From assembly GCA_021779375.1 (NCBI GenBank), contig JAJYAT010000004.1, forward strand, positions 34,884 through 98,883: DNA of 64,000 bases, read 5' to 3'. Below the pieces are notes generated by a model. That model saw only the letters and a list, made by a program, of their open reading frames with translations, was not told where the DNA came from and did not search any database. Shown piece by piece: positions 1 to 10,485 of this stretch; within the stretch, counting starts at the first letter, position 1, and the number at the start of each line of letters is the position of its first letter. A program made the position numbers and the translations under genes. This stretch comes from a bacterium (GTDB lineage Bacteria; Patescibacteriota; Gracilibacteria; JAHISY01).

Positions 1-2
1 GT

Positions 3-404
3 AAACCGGACGAGACGATTCCAGTTTCTGGCGCGCCGCTTTTGCCCACGACACCGCTGGTCGTTTTGATTAATGAAGGTTCAGCTTCGGCTTCTGAAAT
101 TCTCGCGGGGGCGCTGCAAGACGCTGGACGCGCGAAGCTGCTCGGTGAAAAGAGTTTCGGCAAAGGCACGGTCCAGGAATTAATTTCTGATTTCGCCGAT
201 GGCAGCACGCTGCGAATTACGGTGGCGAAATGGTTCACGCCGAAAGGTCGTGCCATCGACGGCGTCGGTCTCGATCCGGACATCGTCGTCAAAATGCCGC
301 TCGAAGATTATTTCAGTGATCGCGATCCGCAGCTCGATGCCGCGGTCACCTTCCTCAAGACTGGTGAGACTCCGAAAGTTGAAAAATCTACCGAAGGAAA
401 TTAA
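3..404 (+). CDS. ctpA: S41 family C-terminal processing peptidase, 3' part (truncated by window edge)
   Basis: Motifs [46 protein letters not shown] and a C-terminal DPQL; the frame is open back to position 3. Confidence 0.93.
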   Translation, partial: KPDETIPVSGAPLLPTTPLVVLINEGSASASEILAGALQDAGRAKLLGEKSFGKGTVQELISDFADGSTLRITVAKWFTPKGRAIDGVGLDPDIVVKMPLEDYFSDRDPQLDAAVTFLKTGETPKVEKSTEGN

Positions 405-416
405 AATCTCGCAACT

Positions 417-463
417 GCTCGGGTGGTGAAATTCCTGCCTGCCGGCAGGCAGGGGTATACACG
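417..463 (+). pseudogene. Duplicated 5' fragment (nt 1-27) of tRNA-Leu(GAG), interrupted by a 20-bp palindrome
   Basis: 417-433 GCTCGGGTGGTGAAATT plus 454-463 GGTATACACG equal 732-758 exactly; the insert occupies 434-453. Confidence 0.9.
434..453. repeat. Perfect 20-bp palindrome CCTGCCTGCCGGCAGGCAGG
   Basis: Self reverse-complementary; a 19/20 copy lies at 18905-18924. Confidence 0.95.
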
Positions 464-479
464 AGATGCTCTAGTTAAA

Positions 480-719
480 ATGTTTTACACATATGTGATA
501 AAAAGTCGAGAAAGAAACTATATTTATGTCGGTTTAACAGGTGATCTCTTGAAAAGGGTGGGCGAACACAATCGTGGGATATCTCGAACTACAAGAAGTT
601 ATAAGCCGTTTGATTTAGTCCACTTCGAAAAATTTTCAACAAGAAACGAGGCTCGCGAAAGAGAAAAATATTTAAAGTCGGGCTGTGGTAAGGACTGGAT
701 TAAGAGTAAACTAGCTTGA
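480..719 (+). CDS. Small stand-alone GIY-YIG nuclease (UPF0213/Slx1-like)
   Basis: MFYTYVIKS...YIYVGLTGDLLKRVGEHN.G...T..YKPF.LVHFE.F..R.EA..RE..LKSG.G; ATG at 480 preferred because the upstream extension (LPAGRQG) is tRNA/palindrome-derived. Confidence 0.9.
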   Translation: MFYTYVIKSRERNYIYVGLTGDLLKRVGEHNRGISRTTRSYKPFDLVHFEKFSTRNEAREREKYLKSGCGKDWIKSKLA

Positions 720-731
720 AATCTAGAATGT

Positions 732-816
732 GCTCGGGTGGTGAAATTGGTATACACGTACGCTTGAGGTGCGTATGCCGCAAGGCGTGGAGGTTCAAGT
801 CCTCTCCCGAGCACCA
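732..816 (+). tRNA. tRNA-Leu, anticodon GAG
   Basis: Acceptor stem GCTCGGG/CCCGAGC, anticodon arm TACGC-TTGAGGT-GCGTA, long variable arm, GGTTCAAGTCC T-arm, encoded CCA. Confidence 0.97.
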
Positions 817-825
817 AAAAATCTT

Positions 826-853
826 CTCAATCAAAAGATTGAGGTTGTTTTTT
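826..853 (+). terminator. Probable intrinsic terminator after tRNA-Leu
   Basis: CTCAATC-AAAA-GATTGAG hairpin followed by GTTGTTTTTT. Confidence 0.6.
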
Positions 854-986
854 GGCGAGCAGAATTGGCGTGGATTTCACACAGGTTCGAATTTGCAGTA
901 TTTACAGAGAGAACGACTGCATTAAAAACCACCAACGAATCAATTTCTAAGCTGTTGAAAAAGCGGTTCAAGCTTGAATAAAGCTT

Positions 987-1340
987 TTAATTCTCTCGAA
1001 TGTCATCAACAATCCAGGTTCCGGCGTAAACTCCATCCACAGTCACTCTTACTTTGTGTCCTAAGTTTTCAGGAGTTGGTGTCGCTTCTCGCGATTCAAT
1101 TTGCCGTTGAATACGAAGATAATTGTCGTAAGCTTTATCGACCGATTTTCTTAAGTCGGAATCGTCTGGATTTGCTTCTTTTGCCCTGAGTAATTCCTCA
1201 TGCTCTCTGAGAGCCCTTCTCTGTTCATATTTTAAATCCTCCAGGGTTGGCTCAGGAATAGTTAAGTCGTTCATGTCCACAATATCAGTTTCAGGATCCA
1301 TTAATCCGACATCTTTTTTATCAGTAGTCTCAGTAGTCAT
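987..1340 (-). CDS. Hypothetical protein (AT-rich, acidic/coiled)
   Basis: 117-aa ATG ORF; TTGACA on the minus strand about 50 nt upstream; no family recognised. Confidence 0.65.
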   Translation of the reverse strand: MTTETTDKKDVGLMDPETDIVDMNDLTIPEPTLEDLKYEQRRALREHEELLRAKEANPDDSDLRKSVDKAYDNYLRIQRQIESREATPTPENLGHKVRVTVDGVYAGTWIVDDIREN

Positions 1341-1545
1341 TTAATAAAATTAAAGGCGTTAATTTTTACATTAAAATAAAATCTTGTCAACTAGATTATT
1401 TGGGCTTATTTTCTCGTCCAATCTGGCTTCGCGGATTGCGGTCTGTTTTTGTCTAGGATGAAATTGAACCAACTTTAAACCCAAAGATTCGCTCAGGCTC
1501 CAAGCTTTAATCCGCAGAGATTCGGAAAGGCGGCAAGAAATAAGC

Positions 1546-2868
1546 TCAGTCGCGTTTCGTGAGCAGTCCTGCGCTGACGAAAAAAATTAGCGCCAGTGGT
1601 GCGAAGAAAAGCGAATTCACGAAAATTGAATGGACGAGCAATCCGGCGCAGGCGGCGAGGAAACCCCAGTTTTTCGCGCGGAAATGTGCGGCGGCGAGAT
1701 TCCACAAAAAAATTCCAAAAATCGCGAGTCCGCTGATGCCTGTCGTCGCGGCGACATTGAGCAGTGAAGCATCCGAGCCAGTCGCGGCATGCGAATCAGC
1801 GGCGGAGAAATTTTGGTGAAATTTATACGCGCCGAAGCCGACTCCGAGTAAGGGTTTTTCGGCAAAAATCCGCCAGCCCTCGTTCCAGCTGTTGACGCGC
1901 AGTTGCGCTGTCGGATCGAGGACTTGCTGTGAGGCGGTACCGAGAGATTCGACCGATTGGCTGAATTCGCCGACGCGTTCCGCTAGTCGCGGCGAACCAG
2001 CGACGCCCAGCATCGCGACCAAAATTCCGGCGAGCAAAATCCGCCGATTGCCAAAAATTCCCAAAACCAAACCGGAGACGCCGAGCGCGAGCAGTCCGCT
2101 GCGCGAAAAAGTCAGCAAGAGTGCGGCGCCGAAAATTCCGGCGCTGGTCAAAATCAAGACTTGGCGTCCGGAATTTTTTTCACGCAAGAAGCGTCCGCCG
2201 AGAAGTGCGAGTAAAAAGGCGAAGGCACCGGCGGCGAAATTCGGATCGAGAAAAGTCGAGGTCAGACGTCCGACGTGCGGATCCCAACCGAGCTCAGTCA
2301 AGCCCGCTTTCGTGAAGTCGGGCAAGATTTGGAAAAGCACGAAGCCAGCGACTGCGAACAAAATTCCGCCGAGGATTAAAGTCAGGAAGACTTGCTCGGT
2401 TTCTTTTTTCGTCAAATCACGCGCGACGAAAATCAAACCGGAAATTCCGACGAAGCGTAAAAAATACAAAAGTGCGAATTTGAAATCTGCGCTCGCGAGT
2501 CCTGCCGAGCCGAGCAGCAAACTTAAAATTCCGACTGCCCAAAAAATCAGCAGACTGCCCGTGACAGCATCGAGTTCGATTTTTTCTTTCGCCAAAAATT
2601 TCCGAGTAAGCCAAAGCATCAGTACGGCTGGTGCGATGAGATCGAGGAGCAAAAAAGAAATTCCGCCCAATTCGACTCGCCCGAATTCGCCGGCGAAAGC
2701 GGCGATGATTGTCGCAGCGAGACCGAAGGTCGGGAAGCGCAGTGCGAACAGTACAAAAATTCCCGCTCCTGCCACTGCGAAAATCAGCTGCGGAGCGAAG
2801 ACGGCACTCGTCGCGAGTGCGAGAATTGCCAGACTTAAAGCGATTTTGTTTTGGGCGAGCGGATGCAC
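1546..2868 (-). CDS. O-antigen ligase/Wzy_C family polytopic membrane protein
   Basis: RLTSTFLDPNFAA, LLTFSRSGLLAL, R...W..G..IF..KPLLGVGFG, TTGISGL, HSIFVN; GTG 2868 preceded by TAAAAT 7 nt upstream. Confidence 0.88.
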   Translation of the reverse strand: MHPLAQNKIALSLAILALATSAVFAPQLIFAVAGAGIFVLFALRFPTFGLAATIIAAFAGEFGRVELGGISFLLLDLIAPAVLMLWLTRKFLAKEKIELDAVTGSLLIFWAVGILSLLLGSAGLASADFKFALLYFLRFVGISGLIFVARDLTKKETEQVFLTLILGGILFAVAGFVLFQILPDFTKAGLTELGWDPHVGRLTSTFLDPNFAAGAFAFLLALLGGRFLREKNSGRQVLILTSAGIFGAALLLTFSRSGLLALGVSGLVLGIFGNRRILLAGILVAMLGVAGSPRLAERVGEFSQSVESLGTASQQVLDPTAQLRVNSWNEGWRIFAEKPLLGVGFGAYKFHQNFSAADSHAATGSDASLLNVAATTGISGLAIFGIFLWNLAAAHFRAKNWGFLAACAGLLVHSIFVNSLFFAPLALIFFVSAGLLTKRD

Positions 2869-2926
2869 GCGCTTGATTTTAGCGTGTCGAGAAGGTAATT
2901 TGGAATGGAATTTTAATTTTCCCAAA

Positions 2927-4285
2927 ATGCTCGTTCGTAAATTTGGCGGCACCTCGATGGGTTCGACCGAGTCTATTTCGACGGTCGTCAAGATTGTCCA
3001 ATCTCACCGCGGCGAACAGGTCGTGGCGGTCTCGGCGATGTCGGGCGTGACTGATTCGCTGCTCGCGGCGACGAAGGCGGCGCTCGCGGGTCGACGTACG
3101 CTAGTCAAAAAAGTCATTGCCGAAATGCTCGCGCGTCACATCGAGACAGCGGGCAAGAACATTCAAAATGAAAAAGTTTTGGCGGAGACGAACCAGTATT
3201 TTGAAAAAGTTTTGTGTGATTTGTCGAATTTCCTGAAAGCGATTCAGGAGCTCGGCGAACTTTCGATTCGTTCGAAAAATACAATTATGGCAGTCGGGGA
3301 GCGGCTCTCCGCCAAAATGCTCGCGGGTATTTTGACTTCCGCCGGATCGCCGGCTGAGCAGCTCGACCTCGAAAAAGCCATTCCACAAAAATTCAAAAAG
3401 GCTGATCACGATTTCTATATCGCGACGGAAAAAATCTTTGCGCAAAAAGTTCGCAAGATTCTTGCCAAAAAGAAAATTCCCATCGCGACGGGCTACTTCG
3501 GCTGGGTGCCGGGCGGTATGCTTGACGCGGTCGGGCGCGGTTATTCCGACTACTGTGCGGCGCTCATCGCGGCTGGTGTAGCGGCGAAGAGTCTTGAAAT
3601 TTGGACAGACGTGTCAGGTATCCTGACCGCTGATCCGCGCAAAATTCCGCAAGCCAAAATTATCGACGATATCTCGAGCGAGGCGGCAGCGGAGCTGGCG
3701 CACTTCGGTGCCAAGGTCATTCACCCACAGTCGATTCATCCGGCGATTCGCGCGCGGGTGCCGGTCTGGATCAAAAACACTTTTCGCCCGGGCGATCGCG
3801 GCACGGCAATTCTCCCCGAGATCAAAAACCCGCCGCAGATTATGACTTCGGTGACCTGCAAAAAAGGCGTGACCATCGTGAATATCGCGAGCTTCCGCAT
3901 GCTGCTGCAGTACGGTTTTCTCGCCAAGATTTTCAATGTCTTCGCGAAATACGAAATTCCGATTGATGTGGTTTCGACTTCTGAAGTTTCCGTTTCGGTC
4001 ACGATCGAAGACGAATCGAAATTGCCAGAAATTATCAAAGAGCTCACGCCGGTTTCCAAAATTTCCGTCCATCCGAAGAAGGCAATTATTTGCTTAGTCG
4101 GCATGGGCATCTACAAACGGCGCGGCGTCGCCGGTGAAGTTTTCGCGACGCTCGGCGCGGCTGACATTTCCATTGATCAGATTTCACAGGGCGCGAGTGA
4201 GATCAATATCACTTTCGTCGTTGACGAAAAAGACGCTGACAAGGCGGTCGCGATTTTGCACAAAAAGTTTTTTGAAAATGCTTGA
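2927..4285 (+). CDS. lysC: Aspartate kinase with C-terminal ACT domains
   Basis: VRKFGGTSMG, VAVSAMSGVTD, GRGYSDY, IWTDVSGILTADPR, AELAHFGAKVIHP, STSEVSVS, SQGASEINI. Confidence 0.95.
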   Translation: MLVRKFGGTSMGSTESISTVVKIVQSHRGEQVVAVSAMSGVTDSLLAATKAALAGRRTLVKKVIAEMLARHIETAGKNIQNEKVLAETNQYFEKVLCDLSNFLKAIQELGELSIRSKNTIMAVGERLSAKMLAGILTSAGSPAEQLDLEKAIPQKFKKADHDFYIATEKIFAQKVRKILAKKKIPIATGYFGWVPGGMLDAVGRGYSDYCAALIAAGVAAKSLEIWTDVSGILTADPRKIPQAKIIDDISSEAAAELAHFGAKVIHPQSIHPAIRARVPVWIKNTFRPGDRGTAILPEIKNPPQIMTSVTCKKGVTIVNIASFRMLLQYGFLAKIFNVFAKYEIPIDVVSTSEVSVSVTIEDESKLPEIIKELTPVSKISVHPKKAIICLVGMGIYKRRGVAGEVFATLGAADISIDQISQGASEINITFVVDEKDADKAVAILHKKFFENA

Positions 4286-5504
4286 AGCCAAAATTTCGCG
4301 CCGCCCGACGCTTTTCGAACTTTGCAAAACTTCCCTCTATATCGGCGCGATTAGCTACGGCGGTCCGGCGATTTTGGCGCAGGTCAAAAAATTAGTTGTC
4401 CACCAAAAGAATTGGCTTACCGAAAAAGATTTTTTGGACGGGCTCAGTCTGGCGCAGATTTTGCCGGGGGCGACGGGGATCAATATCATGGGCTACATTG
4501 GTTATCGCATCCACAAAATTTGGGGCGGAATTTTCGCGCCGCTTTGCTTCGTCTTGCCGGCTTTCGTCTCGATGTTGCTCTTGGCAGCGGCGTACTTTAT
4601 TTACGGCAATCTGCCGGTGATTCAGTCGGCGATGCTCTCGCTCGGTGCGCTCGTGGTCGCGCTGCTTGTGAATGCGACGCTGCAATTGGGTCAGACCGTT
4701 TTTAAAAAAATTAACGCGAAAACACTCAAAGGTTTTTTTATCGCGCTGCTGACTTTTGCCGGCGCATTTTTTTTGCACCTTAACGTGCTGTGGCTTATCC
4801 TCTTGGCGGGAGTGCTCGGAGTTGGGTTTTATTATTTCACAGCAGAATTCGAAGACGAACATTTAGCACCGCATCCTAAAAGTTCGCATCAGGCGAAGCT
4901 GCATGCTGACCGACTTAAATTTTTCGACTATCTGCCTGTGTTTGGCGTATTGCTCGTGATTGGCAGTATTTTGCTCTGGCCGAATTTGCGTGCAATTTTC
5001 ACAACTTTCTTTGGCATTGGGGCTTTTTCTTTCGGCGGAGGCTTCATCGCGATTCCGCTCATCCAGCATCAGATTGTCGACCAATTGCACTGGCTGAGTT
5101 TGGTCGAATTCCGTGACGGTATCGCGCTCGGGCAAGTGACACCCGGACCGGTCTTCATCACCGCGACTTTTATCGGCTACAAAGTTTTTGGTATCGTGGG
5201 TGCCTCGGTCGCGACCTTGGCAGTTTTCACACCTGCGCTCACCGCGATGATGCTGCTCGCTGGCGTTCACGCGAAGGTGAAAGAATTGAGGTTGGTCAAA
5301 GTCGTTATCAAAGGTTTCCTCGCCGGTTTTATCGGTCTGCTCGCCGCCGTGACGCTCCAGTTCGCTTTTAGCTCGCTCACGGATTGGTCGACGTGGCTGA
5401 TTTTTTTGGTGTCGCTCTTCGTGCTGCTCTATCTGAAAAAAGATGTGTTATGGGTAATTATCGGCACGGTTTTGTTTTCGCTATTTTTGACCGTGCTGGC
5501 GTAA
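4278..5504 (+). CDS. chrA: Chromate efflux transporter (long-chain CHR)
   Basis: Two CHR repeats: SYGGP..LAQ...LAQILPGAT and SFGGGF..IP...LGQVTPGPV. Confidence 0.9.
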   Translation: MLEAKISRRPTLFELCKTSLYIGAISYGGPAILAQVKKLVVHQKNWLTEKDFLDGLSLAQILPGATGINIMGYIGYRIHKIWGGIFAPLCFVLPAFVSMLLLAAAYFIYGNLPVIQSAMLSLGALVVALLVNATLQLGQTVFKKINAKTLKGFFIALLTFAGAFFLHLNVLWLILLAGVLGVGFYYFTAEFEDEHLAPHPKSSHQAKLHADRLKFFDYLPVFGVLLVIGSILLWPNLRAIFTTFFGIGAFSFGGGFIAIPLIQHQIVDQLHWLSLVEFRDGIALGQVTPGPVFITATFIGYKVFGIVGASVATLAVFTPALTAMMLLAGVHAKVKELRLVKVVIKGFLAGFIGLLAAVTLQFAFSSLTDWSTWLIFLVSLFVLLYLKKDVLWVIIGTVLFSLFLTVLA

Positions 5505-5660
5505 ATTTTTCACCCCAATTCTTTTAGCGCAGCGGAATTTGGCTGCTATTTTTGCGCCAAAATTTGGGCTAATTTTAAAAATGATTTTTTCCGCTAAAAT
5601 GCTGCCTAGTCTTTAGCTCGATTTGGAAGTTTTGGTCTCTGTATTTTTAACCCCTCTCAC

Positions 5661-6659
5661 ATGGCTCAATATAAAGTTGGCGTGATTGGCGCGACGGGTG
5701 CGGTCGGAATGGAAATGGTGCGTGTTTTGCATGACCGCAAATTTCCAGTCGGCGAGCTGCATCTTTTCGCGAGTGAACGCTCGTCGGGCAAAAAGATTGC
5801 CACGCCGTTTGGTGAAATCGAGGTCGAATTATTTTCAGTCGCAGCAGCCCGCGAGATGGACTTCGTTTTTCTCGCCGTGTCGGGTGACTTCGCGACTGAG
5901 TTCGCGCCGCAGATTGCGGCGGAGGGCGGAGCGATCGTGATCGACAATTCCTCGGCCTTTCGTTACGACGAAAAATATCCGCTCGTGATTCCGGAAATCA
6001 ATCCACAGGAAGCCAAAAAAAGCCGCCTCATCGCGAATCCGAATTGCACGACTGCGATTCTCGCCGTGGCGCTTTATCCGCTACACAAAAATTTCGGTGT
6101 GAAGCGCGCGATTGTCTCGACCTACCAGGCGACTTCGGGAGCAGGCGCGGAGGGAATGGCGGAGCTGGAAAATGAAACGAAAAAATATTTAGCAGGCGAG
6201 CCAGTCAAGAACGAAATTTTCGCGCATCCGATTCCCTTCAACCTGATTCCACACATCGATAAATTCCAAGATAACGGCTATACGAAAGAAGAAATGAAGG
6301 TGACTTGGGAGACGCGCAAAATTTTCGGTGAGCCAGAATTCAAGCTTTCTTGCACAGCGGTACGCATTCCGACTTTCCGTGCGCATTCTGAGAGCTGTAC
6401 GATCGAGACTGAGAAGCCAATCACACCGGAGGCGGCCCGCGAAATTCTTCGCAAAGCTCCCGGCGTGAAAGTCGTCGATGACACCGCGAAATTAGAATAT
6501 CCGATGCCGCTCAACGCGACCAAAAAATACGACGTCGAAGTTGGACGTATTCGCGCATCGCTCGTCTTCGAGCATGGTCTCGACTTCTTCGTCTGCGGCG
6601 ATCAGCTGCTCAAAGGTGCAGCGCTAAATGCGGTGCAGATTGCGGAGTTATTGGTCTGA
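5661..6659 (+). CDS. asd: Aspartate-semialdehyde dehydrogenase
   Basis: [68 protein letters not shown]. Confidence 0.97.
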   Translation: MAQYKVGVIGATGAVGMEMVRVLHDRKFPVGELHLFASERSSGKKIATPFGEIEVELFSVAAAREMDFVFLAVSGDFATEFAPQIAAEGGAIVIDNSSAFRYDEKYPLVIPEINPQEAKKSRLIANPNCTTAILAVALYPLHKNFGVKRAIVSTYQATSGAGAEGMAELENETKKYLAGEPVKNEIFAHPIPFNLIPHIDKFQDNGYTKEEMKVTWETRKIFGEPEFKLSCTAVRIPTFRAHSESCTIETEKPITPEAAREILRKAPGVKVVDDTAKLEYPMPLNATKKYDVEVGRIRASLVFEHGLDFFVCGDQLLKGAALNAVQIAELLV

Positions 6660-9600
6660 GCTCTCCAGGTTTTCTTTCTTCGCCTTGGTAGTGTTAGCCA
6701 AGGTTTTTTGTTCGAGTAATTTTTCTTGACCAGCCTGGATGAAATTTTGATCTTGGAATTTTTTCGCATCGTATTGTCCGATGCTTTGTAAAAATTTCTT
6801 TTGGTTTTCCACTTTCGCTTCAGCTTGTTTGTGGGCTGCGCCCGTGCTGATTTTCATCTGACTTTCTAAGTCAGCTAATTTCGCTGCCTCCATTTTTTGC
6901 CAATCAGCATTAATCAGTAGAGTTTGTAGAAAGTTTTTTTCAGGCAAAGATTTGGCTGCTTGGACTTTCTTCTGGATGCGTTCGTTCCAAGTCATGACAT
7001 CGTTGTAGCGGAAGCGCGAAATGATTTCTCCGTTGTGAGCAATTGCTGGCATGTCTCGTTCCAAAAACTCTTTGGCGTCTTCGCCAGTGTGAAATGCGTT
7101 TCCTATAAATCCTGCCAATCCCACACCAGAAGCGGCCTCAAGCCCGAGCAGCACATCATCAGTCAAGCTCCCTTCCGAAAGATCTAGATTAATTCTCTTC
7201 AAAATTTGTGAGGAAAATTCCTCAATACCTTGTTCGCCAACAAAGAAAGAAAGCATGGCGATTGAGACTGCTCCTACCGCTTTGGCGATAAATGGACCAG
7301 GAACCGCTTCGAAAGTCATTGTGCCAAATTTAATGGCGATGTAAAAAGCGGCGAGCGAGGCGGCATTTTCAGCGATGGCTTCATTCCGTTTTTCAGCTGG
7401 GGCAGATTCGATATTGTGAATTGTGAGAAATACCATCAACGGTGTCGCGCCGAGCTGCAGTGCTTTCGCACCGAAATTCGCTAGTCTTGCGGTCAATACT
7501 CCTTTAGGAATTGCCCTCACACCGTTTTGCTCGCACCAATCGAGATAATATTTAGTTTTCAAACTTTCAACTTTTGGTTTCGGACTTTTTACGGCTTCAG
7601 CCTGCAGAGCGCTTGTTGTTTGTGGTTCAGGTTCGATTTTTATTTGCTGAGTCGTACGAAGTTCATCCTGAGTTGTTGGATTGGCGCCGGTAGCTTTTGC
7701 TGCTCTCTTTTTTTCTAAACTGACAACCTCGGCATCGCCAGGTTTTGGTGTTATTGCAGTCTCTGTCGGAGGAGGTGTCCTGGCCGGACCATCTATGATT
7801 TGTCTTATTTTTTGTTTTTTGTTTTCTATAAACTCTTCAGTTTTCTTAATTGCTGCCTCTATGTTTCGGTGATCTTTTCCGAATTCTGGAAGACTAATAC
7901 TTTTACCACCAAGAACAGGGTCACGCAATCGAAGCGGCTCTAAAGTTTTCCAAACTTCATCCAATAATTCTCGTCTCTTGCCACTAAACGATCCATTAGC
8001 TTCTGCGAGTAGTTTTTTGGCTCGCTCAAGTCCACTAATTTCTTCATGGAGTGTAGCAATATCATTGCCAGCTGACGGGCTTAATTTCCTCATCCAACTA
8101 ATTTTTGATTGCAGTCTGTGATATGTCTCCTTAAAGGTTGAGGTAAATTCGATTGCGGGATTAGTGAGAATGGCTTTTGGATTAAAATCTCGCGGGCAAA
8201 GTGGTCGGGCGATATAGCTAAAGACTTTTTTTGCGCCGGCGTAAGGATAATCCCAAGTTCGCATGACAATATTACCTGGTAAAAATGCCTTCCAGCCCTC
8301 GCTCGCTATTGCTCCGGCCATTCCGAAAACTGCGACCGGCAAAAGTCCTTCGGCGTAATCTACCGCCATTTCTACACAGGAAAAGTTTTTGCCGCCAGGA
8401 ACTAGGCTTACAAGATCGCTTAGTATTTCAATCGGACCCAGAATAAATTTTCTGGCTCCGCCCTTAGCGATTAACCAAAGTGTGCCACCAACAGCCATAA
8501 GTGTCCCGCCATCCCTTAGTGCTGGTAGAGCGAGTTGAATTTGTTCTGATGGAACTTCGATTAGTTTTCCAGCAGCATCAAGCCAATTATCACTTTCGAC
8601 GAAAAATCCTTTGGCAACCTTAAACTGCTCCTTGTCTGGGAGAGCAGGATCGATGCAAATCGACTGAATATGCGCGACTCCATTTTCGTCGAGCGTGACT
8701 GATTTCAGTCGCCCGTCTTCCGCGCGAATTTTGAAGCCAAGCGGCTCGACGGATTTTTTGACGGTCTCGACATCACTCGCCGTAATTTTTTCACCTTTTT
8801 CTGTTTTTTGTCGCAAGACTTCAATCGCTGCGAGCGCCGCGGATTTTTCAGGCTTACCGGATTCTTCGATTTTTCTTGCGAATGAGCGGATGCCGGTGAG
8901 ATTTTTTTCTTGGATCAAACCTTTTTCATCGAGCGATATTTTTTCAAGACCAGTTTCAGCGAGACCAGCGAGCATTTTTTCTGCTGGCTCGATAAATTCC
9001 GTGACGCTTCTTTCTCCCGTCAAAATTTCAGCGATGATCATCAGGTCTACACCGGGGATTGGTGGCATATTAAGTTCAGCCAATTTTTCTGCATGGTCTT
9101 TCATCTCGGCCTTCAAAAACTTGAGCATGTTTTTTGCATCTTTTGGCACACGAAATTTGCCAGCTTTATTTTCGATTGTTTCGAGATTTAGCAGAAAAGC
9201 AGTTGTGGCAAAAAGACTTGTAAGTGGGAAATTTTTTACGGCTTTAAGCGGTAAGTTTACAAGCGCGAGCGCACCTTCGGCCGTCAGCTTGATTCCGCCA
9301 GAGGTTAAATGGCGCACGGTTTCTGAGCTGGCGAAGCCAGAGGCAGCAAGCACCACGAGAGCTTTCCGATTTCGGTCAGCGAAGTCAGCGATTGGTCGCA
9401 AGCCTGTCTGGGCATCTTTCCAATAATTTCCAATTGCTGTTTCAAGCGGCACCATTTCACCGTATTTTTCGATGTCTTCTGGAGTTTGCGTATTTTCTTT
9501 TTCATCTTTTTCGCCGAAAAACTTTCTGGCCATTGCCCAGTTTTTTTCACCTAGGATTTTGCGACCAAGAAGGTCGACAACTTCGCCCCCAAAATTTTCT

Positions 9601-10253
9601 TTGAAAAGTGAAATGCCGAGATAGGTTGCTAGTCCGCCAGAGAGTACGCCGCTGACTTTGTCTCCAGTGTCACTGTTTTTTTTAAAAAATTTGTAAATTG
9701 CAATTCCGCCTGTAAGTAAGAATGCGCCGAAGAGAAGCGGATTTTTTTTAGCTGTATCCAAAATTTCAGTTCCAATATTGCCAGCCTTATTGAGGTAATC
9801 TTTGGGATTTTTCCAATCGAAATCTTTTTTCTCGAAGATTGCGGCGACAGCCAAACCTTTTTTTGCGTCTTCCAAAATATTTTTCCAAACCTCTGGTTTT
9901 TGTAGTTCGCTATTGGTTGTGTATTCCGCTGGATTTAGCTCAGCTAGATTTTTTCCTGGATTAGCTTTTAGGAAGCGAGCGACCTTTTCGCTTACGTTAA
10001 AACGCTCAAAGAATTTTTTGATTTCAAATTCTTCAATAATCGCCTCAAGCTCAGTGTAAATTTCATGTCTTACTTGACTGTTTTTTCCTCGGGAGTCCAT
10101 CAAAATATCGATTTTTTCACCTAATTTTTCCAGCCGTTGTTTAATAATCGGTTGTTTCTCTAGAGGAACATCGTTTTCGAGCGCCTTGAGCTGCTTCTTC
10201 AGGTGTTCAGCTTCTTCCTCCGGCGTGACTTCGATTTTGGAAGGTTGAGTCAT
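6648..10253 (-). CDS. Large (~1200 aa) hypothetical membrane-associated protein
   Basis: Uninterrupted ORF with several hydrophobic helical pairs; ATG 10253 directly follows the upstream ORF; no family recognised. Confidence 0.8.
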   Translation of the reverse strand: MTQPSKIEVTPEEEAEHLKKQLKALENDVPLEKQPIIKQRLEKLGEKIDILMDSRGKNSQVRHEIYTELEAIIEEFEIKKFFERFNVSEKVARFLKANPGKNLAELNPAEYTTNSELQKPEVWKNILEDAKKGLAVAAIFEKKDFDWKNPKDYLNKAGNIGTEILDTAKKNPLLFGAFLLTGGIAIYKFFKKNSDTGDKVSGVLSGGLATYLGISLFKENFGGEVVDLLGRKILGEKNWAMARKFFGEKDEKENTQTPEDIEKYGEMVPLETAIGNYWKDAQTGLRPIADFADRNRKALVVLAASGFASSETVRHLTSGGIKLTAEGALALVNLPLKAVKNFPLTSLFATTAFLLNLETIENKAGKFRVPKDAKNMLKFLKAEMKDHAEKLAELNMPPIPGVDLMIIAEILTGERSVTEFIEPAEKMLAGLAETGLEKISLDEKGLIQEKNLTGIRSFARKIEESGKPEKSAALAAIEVLRQKTEKGEKITASDVETVKKSVEPLGFKIRAEDGRLKSVTLDENGVAHIQSICIDPALPDKEQFKVAKGFFVESDNWLDAAGKLIEVPSEQIQLALPALRDGGTLMAVGGTLWLIAKGGARKFILGPIEILSDLVSLVPGGKNFSCVEMAVDYAEGLLPVAVFGMAGAIASEGWKAFLPGNIVMRTWDYPYAGAKKVFSYIARPLCPRDFNPKAILTNPAIEFTSTFKETYHRLQSKISWMRKLSPSAGNDIATLHEEISGLERAKKLLAEANGSFSGKRRELLDEVWKTLEPLRLRDPVLGGKSISLPEFGKDHRNIEAAIKKTEEFIENKKQKIRQIIDGPARTPPPTETAITPKPGDAEVVSLEKKRAAKATGANPTTQDELRTTQQIKIEPEPQTTSALQAEAVKSPKPKVESLKTKYYLDWCEQNGVRAIPKGVLTARLANFGAKALQLGATPLMVFLTIHNIESAPAEKRNEAIAENAASLAAFYIAIKFGTMTFEAVPGPFIAKAVGAVSIAMLSFFVGEQGIEEFSSQILKRINLDLSEGSLTDDVLLGLEAASGVGLAGFIGNAFHTGEDAKEFLERDMPAIAHNGEIISRFRYNDVMTWNERIQKKVQAAKSLPEKNFLQTLLINADWQKMEAAKLADLESQMKISTGAAHKQAEAKVENQKKFLQSIGQYDAKKFQDQNFIQAGQEKLLEQKTLANTTKAKKENLESSDQ

Positions 10254-10254
10254 G

Positions 10255-10485
10255 TTAGTCGTTTTTATTAGTTTTTTGTGGGACGGCGTCCATTTTCCTA
10301 CGGAGTTCGTTGGCAATCCGCAGATTCACGAGTTGGGCTTTGGCGGCGCGTTCGGGTAAGAAATTTTTGGGTTTTTTGACTTCCAGTTTTTTACGCAAAG
10401 TTTGTAGCTTCAACGCAGTCTTTTCTCGGCGCAAATTCTTTTTGGCGAGATCATCGAGGGCGTTGGCGGCGTTGGGATTTTGCAT
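10255..10485 (-). CDS. Small basic hypothetical protein
   Basis: 76-aa ORF abutting the large ORF; extended -10 TGTGGTAAAAT upstream on the minus strand. Confidence 0.5.
   Translation of the reverse strand: MQNPNAANALDDLAKKNLRREKTALKLQTLRKKLEVKKPKNFLPERAAKAQLVNLRIANELRRKMDAVPQKTNKND

Noticed and set aside
417-816. GIY-YIG gene as a tRNA intron or split tRNA
   Set aside because: The downstream tRNA is complete by itself and no group I/II intron structure is evident, so the 5' piece is a duplication rather than an exon.
860-896. Possible tRNA 3' remnant (GGCGTGGA...GGTTCGAAT)
   Set aside because: Only an 8-bp match plus a T-loop-like word; no stems can be formed.
1892-2926. 345-codon N-terminal extension of the lysC ORF
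   Set aside because: It is the antisense shadow of the O-antigen ligase gene; aspartokinase homology starts at ATG 2927.
5505-5660. Lysine riboswitch upstream of asd
   Set aside because: No recognisable conserved riboswitch core, and only about 60 nt lie between the TAAAAT box and the start.
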